A stretch of DNA of 64,000 bases from Eledone cirrhosa (lineage: Eukaryota), in contig OZ024741.1 in NCBI GenBank assembly GCA_964016885.1, positions 56,978,001-57,042,000 of the forward strand. Direction: 5' to 3'. Positions 53,849 through 64,000 of the stretch are shown piece after piece. The position numbers and the translations under genes are program-made. Each line of letters opens with the position of its first letter. The stretch's first letter is position 1. The notes under the pieces were generated by a model. That model saw only the letters and a list, made by a program, of their open reading frames with translations, ran no database searches and was not told where the DNA came from.

Positions 53849-54454
53849 TGTAGCTGCCAACTCGTTTTCGAGTACGGCCACTACTTTATATCCATGTAGG
53901 AAAACTCCTACCGATGCGCTGAACGAATGTGACTTTAGTCCAGCCAACGACTTGAAAACTTTGGTACAAACACTACACCTGTGACAATTATTGACACATA
54001 GTGCTAGGCCCATGGTACCATGTGACGACAAGTGCAGTGAGATCTCCAGATATAAAGCAATGTCTGTGCCGTGAAGCTTTTATAGTGAGCAAAGGCACTG
54101 CACAAAGCCAGTCCCACTCTCTTAACCAAGATGATATTTACCAAAAAGAAGAACAAGTCAACATCATTGGATACCATCAGGGTTGCAGGTGTTATATAAG
54201 AGTTTTCCTTCTCCTAGAATTCTGCCCTGACAAAGGCTAAGGGGTCATCTCTCCCAGTGATTTTGGATGGCCATTGACTCTTAAGAGCTCCTTTGCCCTT
54301 TGACAGGTTTTGTTTTTAGTCCTGCAGGATGTCCAAAGTCACCCTCCTCACCAAGAAACCTTGGTGGGGTTGCCAGTTTAGTCGCCAACGACCCGACCAT
54401 GGGACAAGTTGTACTGGAATACATGTTACCAGTAGCACCAAGTGGTGACCTGAC
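53849..54454 (-). mobile_element. Non-autonomous RTE-derived element, copy D
   Basis: Collinear with 45673-46280; (CATA)n flanks. Confidence 0.8.
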
Positions 54455-54537
54455 ATACATACATACATACATACATACATACATACATACATACATACAT
54501 ACATACATACATACATACATACATACATACATACATA

Positions 54538-55258
54538 GCAGCATCTCGATTTCAAAAATTGCCACCACCTGATCCCCCTCTCACACACGACTCTTTACAT
54601 TTCTTTCTGCATATGCTGCAATGATGAACACTACTTTCTCTTTGGTTTTCCGTTTTGTTTTGATGAATTTCCAAATGATGTTGGAGTCCACCAGCCGGGA
54701 CACATTTTTTTCTACACTTCCGACAAGAAGAAATACCTAAGGACCATAATCGGCAACATTTTGTACATGGCTTCTATGATGACTTCTAAGACCATCTCTA
54801 CTGAGGAAATCGGCCACATTACATATTAAGACCTTTTGAGCCTCTGGAAATCCAGATAAAATAATATCTTGTAGACCCTTACGCAGACACCTCTTTCATT
54901 TTTCAAGCTCCACAGGAGATTTTTTAAATTCATGTTTTTCATTAAACACTGTTTTCCTTTAACATGATCCATCTAAGGCAATGTCTTTCCAGTTATCTTC
55001 TCTTAATTTTTACTTTATCAAAGCTCTTTTGATGTAGTCAGTATACCTGAGTTTGGGTTTGGCCTTGGCCGTTTGCCTGACTAACTCCCTGTACAGTAAC
55101 CGCTAAGGTTTACGATGATCTGGCATTCTTACAACATGGCCGCTTTAACGCAATCTATATTGAATTATGAGAGATTTAATACTTTCAAAATGATTCGTTT
55201 CAGCACATCAACATCATTCATATATGGTTTCCAATGGATACTGAGTGTTCGGCGAAGA
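54538..55258 (-). mobile_element. RTE-clade LINE 3' fragment with C-terminal Cys motifs
   Basis: HVVRMPD, LLYREL, PKLRYTD, CRKCRKKC..AGGLQHH. Confidence 0.7.
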
Positions 55259-55499
55259 CACATACATACATACATACATACATACATACATACATACATA
55301 CATACATACATACATACATACATACATACATACATACATACATACATACTTTTAGTGTGGACGAAACATTGTCAGCAATTAAAGATATACCTATGTTCTA
55401 AGCGCTCTTTGTTGTTAATTGTACATACATACATACATACATACATACATACATACATACATACATACATACATACATACATACATACATACATACATA

Positions 55500-56972
55500 C
55501 ATTAAGAAAGATCTGGTCATCGGAACTCTCTGCGCAAAACAAAACAGTGGCTCACAATGTGTTTGCTATGCCTGTCCTAGCACCAACGTTTGAAATACTC
55601 AATTGAACGATAGACGAAATCCGAGCAGTTGATGTTGGAACTCGAAAAATACTGAATAACACCGGAAACTTCCACATCAAGTGACATAGACCGCCTTTAC
55701 TTGAAACGTAAGCAGGGAGGCAGAGACCTAACATCAGTCCAGACAACATTTGAATGTCGCATCATATCTCTCCGACAACATCTACGAACCTCGAAGCGTA
55801 GGAGCCCGTTTCTCGAGCAAGTCTATCTGCATGAAACAGATAAGATCATGAGAGTTGGGAAGGAACACCTTGAGAGATATTCCCTGTGTGATAATCAAAA
55901 ACTCACACTCAGGGATGTCGCTCAGCAGTAACGCAGTGAATCCATGGATGAAAAATTGCATGCCTATCAGCAAAAAATCATGCATGGATATGTTGCCAGG
56001 AAGCTCCAGAGTGAGAGTAATATAGATAAGGAAAGCAGTCTATCTTGGACCAACAACCGCTATATTGGCTCCCACTTTGAAGGATACGCTTTTGGAGATT
56101 AGCACGAAATACCTGATTCACAAAAGAGATAGGGATGCAGGCAAAACACCTAGATGTGATAACAAGTGCAGACTCTGCAGAACTAACATCGAGGATATCA
56201 CCCATGCCATCAGTAAAAGATGTCATCGCGGTACTATCTACCTATGAGGCATGATGTAGTGGCCAAAACACTGTACAATGCAGTTCGTAAAAAAGATAGC
56301 CCCGATAATAAAGACATTAAAAGCTACAACAATATGGAAGACATCCATGTACATAATATGAAAGAGTACTGGTGGAATGTTCCAGTAAAAACCCCAATAA
56401 AATGCAGGTATAACAGACCAGATATAATGATATGGGCAGGGAGAAGAAAACATGCACAGTAGTGGAAATTAGCTGCCCAGCAGATGCCAATATAATATCA
56501 AAGATTAGTGAAAAGGAGAATATCTATGCAGAACTGATGAGAAATCTGCAGATACTCCACCCTGATTACACCTTCAGATTTTTGCCTGTGGTTATTGGGG
56601 CACTGTGGTATGTTAGTAACTGCCTCAATACAAATCTTGAGAAGTTAGGCTTCACAGGAACAGAAAGAACACAACTAGTTAGGAAATTACAAGTACAATC
56701 CATTAATGGAACAGTAAAAATATGTAAAACATTCCAAACATTTTGCATCTAATAACTGCATATACACATGTACAGATACAAAGCATATACACATGCACAC
56801 ATGCAACTCAAAACATCCACATCCACACATACAATAACATCCATATCTACACATGCATACATACATATCTACCTAGTTGATGTTGTGTAAATTCCAATGA
56901 GAGAGTCTTGTGTCTATGTTAGAAACCGACTCTCTCTCTATTGGTATAACTTTGTGAAATTATAAAACCAGA
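55500..56972 (+). mobile_element. R4/Dong-clade 3' half (thumb, zinc knuckle, restriction-like endonuclease) in (CATA)n
   Basis: IWSSELSAQNK, RKQGGR, CRLCRTNIEDITH, RHDVVAK, RPDIMIW..VEISCP..EKENIY, PVVIGAL. Confidence 0.9.
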
Positions 56973-57139
56973 ACATACATACAAAAGTTGTAAAACATTC
57001 TTACGATTCAAACGATGAACGGTTACACAAGTGACGACGATTATTTCCTTTCGTTACAACCTTGCCACCGGGAGGGTGGCCGGTCAAAAATAAACTCAAA
57101 ATTAAGAGAAAGAACATACATCAATTAATAGGTCGCATT

Positions 57140-60100
57140 GCTTACACGGATTCCTGTGACTCGCTGTCGACATCTAATTTTATTGTTCATAATATTCGGC
57201 ATAGGATTGCAGTTTTTATGTCATCACAAATCTTGATATAGGTCTTGACTTGTCGTTCTCTGCTACTCTTGCTTTTGTACACTCCTACAAAAATCTTCAC
57301 TAATAATTTCGTCTTCAGCTCTCCAGCCCTCCGAATCCGACTCTACGCTATTCGATGATTCCTGATACTGGACGATGGTTCCCATACAATTGCTCATTGG
57401 TCAGACCATCTCCCCAAGTGACATTCAAAGACACTCTTGGCATGCGAGTGTAGGCTCCATCCAATCTTCTTTCTGGTTTTGATGTAAGGGTCCATGCTGA
57501 GCAGCCATATAACAGAACAGAGGTAATAGTTGCTTGACAGAGGTATATTTTCATGTTGTCTGGAAGTCTAGATTTCCACACTAGAGGTAACTTGTCGATG
57601 CACACCAGGCCTTACCAATGTGTGTGTTAACATCGCTTTCGCAGCTAGAGATTTTACTACCCAGATAAGTAAATTCTTCTACACAGTGGGGTGTGCCAGA
57701 TACTGTTTTAATTGTTCCATTTTGATTTAGGCTCATGTATTCCGTTTCGTCTGAGTTAACATGGAGACCAATACCTTTGGCTGAACATTCAAGACTATGG
57801 AGAAGGGTTTCTGATAGGCTTATTGGATCGGAGAGTACCACTAAATCATCAGCGTAACCTGCAATTGTGATTATTGTGGAAGGATTACTCATTCGTGGAT
57901 GTAGTGTGAATTCATTGTCTTTAATGGTATCGATAGAAGTTCTGAGAACGTAATCGAAGTAAATGTGGAAGATATGGAGTGCTAAAATATCACCTTGTAT
58001 CACTCCTGCAACATTTCCAAAGAAATCTGTATCACCATTGAATATGTGTTTTTTTAGAGCATCATAATGGTTTTTACTGTTTCATTTGGTATATCATAGG
58101 CTAGCAATATTTCTTTCATTTTACCTCTATGAATCAAATCTAATGCGTTGGACAAATCAACAAATAACATAACAACATTTAGATTTTTAGCTTTCATACC
58201 TTCATGAATTCTACGAACGGTTAAGAGTTGACTGGTAGTTGATCATCCTCTTTGGAAGCCATTTTTATTTTGTTCTCAATACTTTTTCGATTTCTGAACG
58301 TATGCGGTTAAGCAGCATAGTTATAAATTTTTGCAGTTATTGTTACAAAGGTGATTCCTCTAGTTTTTTGCCACCCCAAAATCTCTTTTTGGGGAAGAGA
58401 GGGAGGATACAGTCCTTAGTCCATGTTTCTATATTTTTTTCATTATATACGTTTTTTGCAGAACTTCAAGAAAATATCATTAAATTGTTTGATTTCCCAT
58501 ATCCCCAGGTATTTCATCAAGGCCAGGTGCTCTATTCGATTTCAATGTTTTTAGAACAGTTTCCAGTTCAACATTTGTAAAGACTCCACATTTGATATTG
58601 ACTTATTTGTTGTATCGGCGTATCAACTATGCCTGGAAGTTTGCCAACGAGATTTTGGAAGTGATGTTTCCACATTTGTAACATTTCTTTTTAATTTTTT
58701 GCTTTGAGTTTTGACTTGGTTGGATTCTTTTTTCCGCCGATTTCATTGATGGTTTGCCAGGCTGCTGCAAATTATTTATCTTCAATTGAAGATTGAACTA
58801 GGTTGATTTTTTGCTGAATAAGTTCTTTTGGAACCGCTAGATATGTATCAGAAAGATCTTTCAAAGCTTCTTCATAACGTTGTATTGCTTATTGTGGGTA
58901 CTTTATTCTTTAAATTGCAGCACTTTTGTCTTATTTCTTGCTTTTCCCGTGGAACATGTTTTCTTTGTTTTAGATTTTATTGAAATATGCTCTTCTGCAG
59001 CCTTTTTATGTGCTTTAATGAAAGCCTCGTAACATGTCTTCGATGTTAAATCATTGGATATTTGAAGGAGAAAGCTAAAGCTATTTCTCACTGACCCGGC
59101 ATATCTGTTGCAAATGTCTGGATTCCTTAGAGCAACCCAATCATAATTTTTGCAATTGTTCTGTTTTTTTATTTTTCGTTTTTTATTTTTTTGTTTGTCT
59201 GTTTTCGAAAGCTTAGTCGAATCTTTGCTGTAAACATTTTATCGTCAAAGGTGAAACCATGACAAAAGTTGTAAGCCTCACAGTTTACAGCACTATTAAT
59301 CCATTTACTGTTTATAAGCATGAAATCTACCTGCGCTTTAGTACCATTTGGATTATTATGTGTTAGGAGCTTTCCTTTTCTTTTCTGAAATGGTGTGTTT
59401 AGGCAGATGAGTCCATTCTCATTTATGTATTCATCTAGGTAGTTTCCATTTATATGTGGATGTGGTGTGTAGCTGAACATAAGATCTTGTCAAAGGTGTG
59501 TATTCATATCTTCATATTTTGAGATTATGTTTTAGATTAGTCTCTAGTTAGGTTTCGAAGGTTATCATAAAATTCAGTGACATCCTTTTTGGGGGAGACA
59601 TTTGTAGGACTGTAACATGAACTGATTGTGACTTTTGGATTACCATTAAATGTTGCTACTATTATTCAAGCTTTTCCAATATAATTTAAACCTTTCATTG
59701 CACGAGGGCTTAGTCGCATTCATACACCTCCAATTGTGGAATTGATTGAATTCTTCCATGCTGAGGCTGATACCATGGTCCATCCTTTTTTGAGATCAAG
59801 ATGTTCATGATATACGCGAGGCTCTTAAATAGAGATAATGTCAATGTTTTGAAAAGCTGCAAGTGATGTGAGTTCGGGTAGATGATGCAAATTGCTGAGA
59901 GTTCGAACATTAAAAGTGTGAAAATGTTTGCTTTTAAGATTTTTTGTTGACTCTGTAACTGCCTTTTCAGACACCGAGGCAGGAGGCGGGACCTCAGCAG
60001 AACCTGCTCCTTTTTGGCCCGCGTGACGAGCAATTCGATAGGAATTAGAATTGGGAACTTGAGTCATAATAAATCTTTCATTAACTGTTTACACAACCAT

Positions 60101-60170
60101 CGACGCCGCTCCTATGGATGCGTTGCAGTAACACTCTAAATAGTGTTTAATGATCCTGACCGTTGATCTT
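57140..60170 (-). mobile_element. Near-full-length decayed RTE-clade LINE (APE + RT)
   Basis: TFNVRTL, CYSPT, KAQVDFMLIN.KW, GVIQGDILA, GYADD, FTYLGS, LLYGCSAWTLT, LDGAYTRM; many stops. Confidence 0.88.
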
Positions 60171-60194
60171 TTAGGATTCCTCCGTCAGCATGGT

Positions 60195-60387
60195 CAGGTC
60201 GCTCTTGAGCGCTACCGGTAACATGTAACCTAGTACAACCTTTTGCGTGGTTGGGTTATCAGCGACTAAACCGGCAACCCCTCCAAGCTTGCTTGGTGTG
60301 GGGTGGGGGTATTTTTGGACACCCTGTGGGATGAAAAACAAAACCTATCAAAGGGTGGAAGAACTCAAGAAAATCAACGACCATCCA
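60195..60387 (+). mobile_element. Isolated RTE-type 5' head related to the non-autonomous element
   Basis: GTCAGGTCGC...GCTACCGGTAACATGTA...GCGACTAAACCGGCAACCCC...AAAAACAAAACCT.TCAAAGG. Confidence 0.7.
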
Positions 60388-60782
60388 ATAATTTGTATAT
60401 ATTTATATATTTGTATTTGTATATGTTTTTTATACATTTGTTTGTATTTTTATATATCTGTATATGTTTTTATATATTTGTGTGTATTTTATGCATCTAT
60501 GGAGGTAATTTGAAAATAAAGGGAGTGACGACCATGCCCTGCATATTTCGGGCTGCCTTTTAGTAAGGCATAGTACCCGTTCAGTCACCCTGCCAGTGAT
60601 ACGGCAAAGTTATGAGAATGCAGCTTGGTGAATTGTAATGAGGCAACAGAAGAGCTCAACTGAGCCAACGATTCTTCTCGCATTGGTGGTGCGAACACAC
60701 ACATACACATACATACATAAATACATACATACATACATACATACATACATACATACATACATACATACATACATACATACAT

Positions 60783-61608
60783 ACTGGAACAGTAAAAATA
60801 TGTAAAACATTCCAAACATTCTGCATCTAATAACTGCATATTCACTTGTACAAATACAAAGCATATACCCATGCACACATATAACTCAAAACATCCACAT
60901 CCACACATACAATAACATCCATACCTGCATACGCATGCATGCAGACATGCAATACATATCTACATAGTTGATGCTGTGTAAATTTCAATGAGAGAGTCTT
61001 GTGTCTATATTAGAAACCGACTCTCTCTATTGGCAAAAATTTGTGAAATTATAAAACCAGAAGAGTATACATACATACACGCATGCATGCACATGTCAAT
61101 ATAATGCTAAAGATCAGTGAAAAGGAAAACATTTATGCTGAAGAGAACATTTATGAGGAATCTGCAGATTCTCCACCCTGACTATACCTTTAGATATATA
61201 CCTGTGATCATTGGGGCCCTTGGAAACGTTACTAACTGTCTCAGTACAAATCTTGAGAAGCTGTGCTTCACAGAACCAGAAAGAGAACGGCAAGTTAGGA
61301 AGTTGCAAGTACAGTCTATTAATGGAACAGTAAAAATATGCAGAATATTTCAGAAATTCTGTATGTAAAAACGACATATACACATGCATAGACACCGAAA
61401 CATATGTAAGTGTACACATATAATTCAAAACATGGAGATCCACACATACAATATCATCCTTACCAGCACTGAGACACAAACAAAAACATACATACATATT
61501 CACTTAGTCGATGTAGTATAAATTCCAATGAAAGTGTCTTGTGTCTATGTTAAAAACCGACTTTCTCTCTATTTGTGAAAGTCTATAAAATAAGGAAACC
61601 AGAAGAAC
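60783..61608 (+). mobile_element. Two more 3' fragments of the (CATA)n-associated R4/Dong family (60783-61043, 61095-61608)
   Basis: GTVKICKTF, MRNLQILHPDYTFR, and the 3'UTR ...AGAAACCGACTCTCTC...AAACCAGAA shared with 56700-56972. Confidence 0.88.
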
Positions 61609-61912
61609 GTACATACATACAAACATACACACATACACTCATACATACGTACATACATACATACATACATACATACATACATACATACATACATACATAC
61701 ATACATACATACATACACTCATACACACATACACTCATACATACATACATACATACATACATACAAACATACAAACATACAAACATACATACATACATAC
61801 ATACATACATACATACATACATACACACATACACTCATACATACATACATACATACATACATACATACATACATACATACATACATACGTACGTACGTAC
61901 GTACGTACGTAC
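61609..61912. repeat. (CATA)n/(CGTA)n microsatellite
   Basis: Directly visible. Confidence 0.96.
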
Positions 61913-62532
61913 AGTCTGTTTTTACTTAACGTGTTTTCTTGCCATTGCTCGTCTTATCCTTAATGTTTTGATATTGTGGCGGCTATTGTTATTTTCGTTG
62001 CTGCTGTTGTTGTTATTGCTATATTTGTTGTTTTTGTTGTTGTTGATGTCATTGTTGCTACTTCTGTTGCTGTTCCTATCGCTGTTATTGTTGTAGGTCA
62101 TACCAATTTATATCGACCCCTACTCGTTCAAGTCTCTCATATTTATTTATTTATATTTTTCTTCTTTTCTCTTCTCGTAAAAAACTTCTTTCCGGTTGTT
62201 GTCACAAACGAAGGAAAAATCATTCTCTCTCGTCGCTTGTGTTGTTATACATATCGTGTCTACCTCACATCACATGTCTTACTAACCTGTCTGCCAACAA
62301 AGAAAGCATCAAAAACATTTGCCAGGAATTCCTACATAACCAAAAACAAAAAGATAAACAAATTAATCAAAAGGAAAAAAAAAGGCTTTTATGTTCAAAG
62401 ATCATGTGAAGATTTACGTTTTTGGAAAGCTTTCAAATCTGCCAGGGAATCGGATCAAGAATGGAGGAAATCGTAAATGTAGCTGTCATATCGGTTTTAC
62501 AATACAGAATAAACTGATATTTTGATTATGTA

Positions 62533-62561
<29 letters not shown>

Positions 62562-62563
<2 letters not shown>

Positions 62564-62734
62564 GATTCTTATATAGGCACAAGGCCAGCAATTATTCCAG
62601 TGTATTACTGGTATTTTTTTATCGACCCCGTAAGGATGAAAGGCAAAGTTAGCCTCGGCGGGATTTGAACTCAGATCGTAAAGGGCCGCAACTCTTTGCT
62701 GCAAAGCATGGCGTACGACCCTCTACCGATACTG
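62562..62734 (-). mobile_element. SINE family A flanked by (AAT)n on both sides
   Basis: Body and B box intact; head truncated inside the A box. Confidence 0.9.
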
Positions 62735-62751
62735 AATAATAATAATAATAA

Positions 62752-64000
62752 TTCTTTATTGGCCACAAAGGTCGACATATGGGGGAAATAGACAGGGACA
62801 GTGTGGGTTTACAATGAAATCGAATCGAGTACAAAGAAAGATAACAAAATACATAATAACAATAAAACTCCCCAATAGGGGGGACCACCCAGAGGCGACA
62901 CAAGAACCCCAACAATCCTAAACCAACCGACGCTCCATAAGCACACGAGGAGCCCCCCCCCCCCTTTCCAAATCACCCAGCTTGCTGGCACATGGTCAGA
63001 GTAGGCCCATTCACATGGGCCATCTTCGCAATATTCATCGGCATTTTAACAAATGTACTTGGGGGTGGGGAGTACTTCTTTCTCCACCCTCACCTTCCTT
63101 TCCAAGTGGAACTTGAAAAGGTTGATGAGGGTTTGGCCGAAGAGTAAAGGGTCCTTTCAGCCGCATCCACTACATAACCTCTTTCGCTATAGCCACCAAG
63201 AAGAGGAAAACTGCTTATCCTTCCCAGCCAAAAGAAGGCGACGGATCGATTTTCACGACGGACTCAGTCAATAGCCAAATCCGTCCAACACGCAATAATA
63301 GCTGTTCGACAAAATTCCATAAGTCGGACACTGGATGAGTGCATGAATGGTTTCGTCGCTCTGCGCGCATCTCAAACAGGAGTATAATTTATTATATCAG
63401 CATTATCCGACCCATAGAGGGAAGTGAGCGCCTAACAACATTTCAGATGCCAGGCGCCCTATCTCGGTCTTCATTTGACTTACGACTGCAGATCAATCAA
63501 AGAGACGAGCTGCGGAAAGACCTGTCTGACAAACTGCAACCACACCTGTTCACCATTCAGGAATATCTGGAGATGCCGTAGCCTCAATGGGTGTTTACAC
63601 ATCATCAACCAAGACAGTACGAACAGAAATGAGGAGAGATGGCATCTTCGACGGACCGAACGCGCAATCTAGAACAGTTCCGATAGGTGGCCGTTGGTTT
63701 TGACCACCGCGCAAATGCTGCTATGCACTGCAGCGATCCAGCCTCTGAAGACGGGGCCGCATCGGCTGCCTTGAGGACAGCGTCGAGGTATCGATGGTCG
63801 ACAATACTAAAAGCATTCGATTGATTCAAATTGATCAGAGCCTCACCGAAACTAGGTTTACTCCCTACTCTCTCTATGATGTATCTCATGAGGTGGGGGT
63901 TGTCGAGTATGGACCTGGTCTAGATTGCGCACGTCTGCATCCCCCCCTCCTACGAGGCCCTCGACGACAAGCGCCATCCTCGTTGCTAGCACTTTAGCCA
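62752..64000 (-). mobile_element. Decayed Tx1-clade element with internal deletions (runs off the window)
   Basis: MRYIIERV, LINLNQSNAF..VDHRYLDAVL; 3'UTR CCCCCTATTGGGG and AATAAAGAA shared with 4500-4760. Confidence 0.9.

Overview
Eukaryotic, repeat-saturated DNA with no confidently identifiable host gene; it is intergenic or part of a very large intron. The tRNA-headed SINE families and extreme (TA)n/(CA)n/(CATA)n/(AAT)n density suggest an octopus or other coleoid cephalopod (inference). Main contents: (1) one near-full-length L1/Tx1-clade LINE (4500-10518, minus) flanked by (AAT)n, plus two decayed relatives; (2) several R4/Dong-clade LINE pieces; (3) RTE and CR1 LINE pieces and a multicopy non-autonomous RTE derivative; (4) many Penelope-like element (PLE) remnants; (5) a TSD-bounded 6.7-kb Buster-type hAT that splits a PLE and holds nested elements; (6) about 20 SINEs; (7) a 41-bp minisatellite with higher-order structure. 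The most unusual signals are two tandem 320-350 bp near-perfect palindromes (16646-17412), each carrying a type I hammerhead-ribozyme fold on both strands; further hammerhead-like motifs and fold-back junctions across the window; and a shared, exactly spaced 3' terminal motif between the Tx1 LINEs and the dominant SINE. Most short ORFs in the track are microsatellite or antisense artefacts. All calls are by eye; boundaries of decayed elements are approximate.
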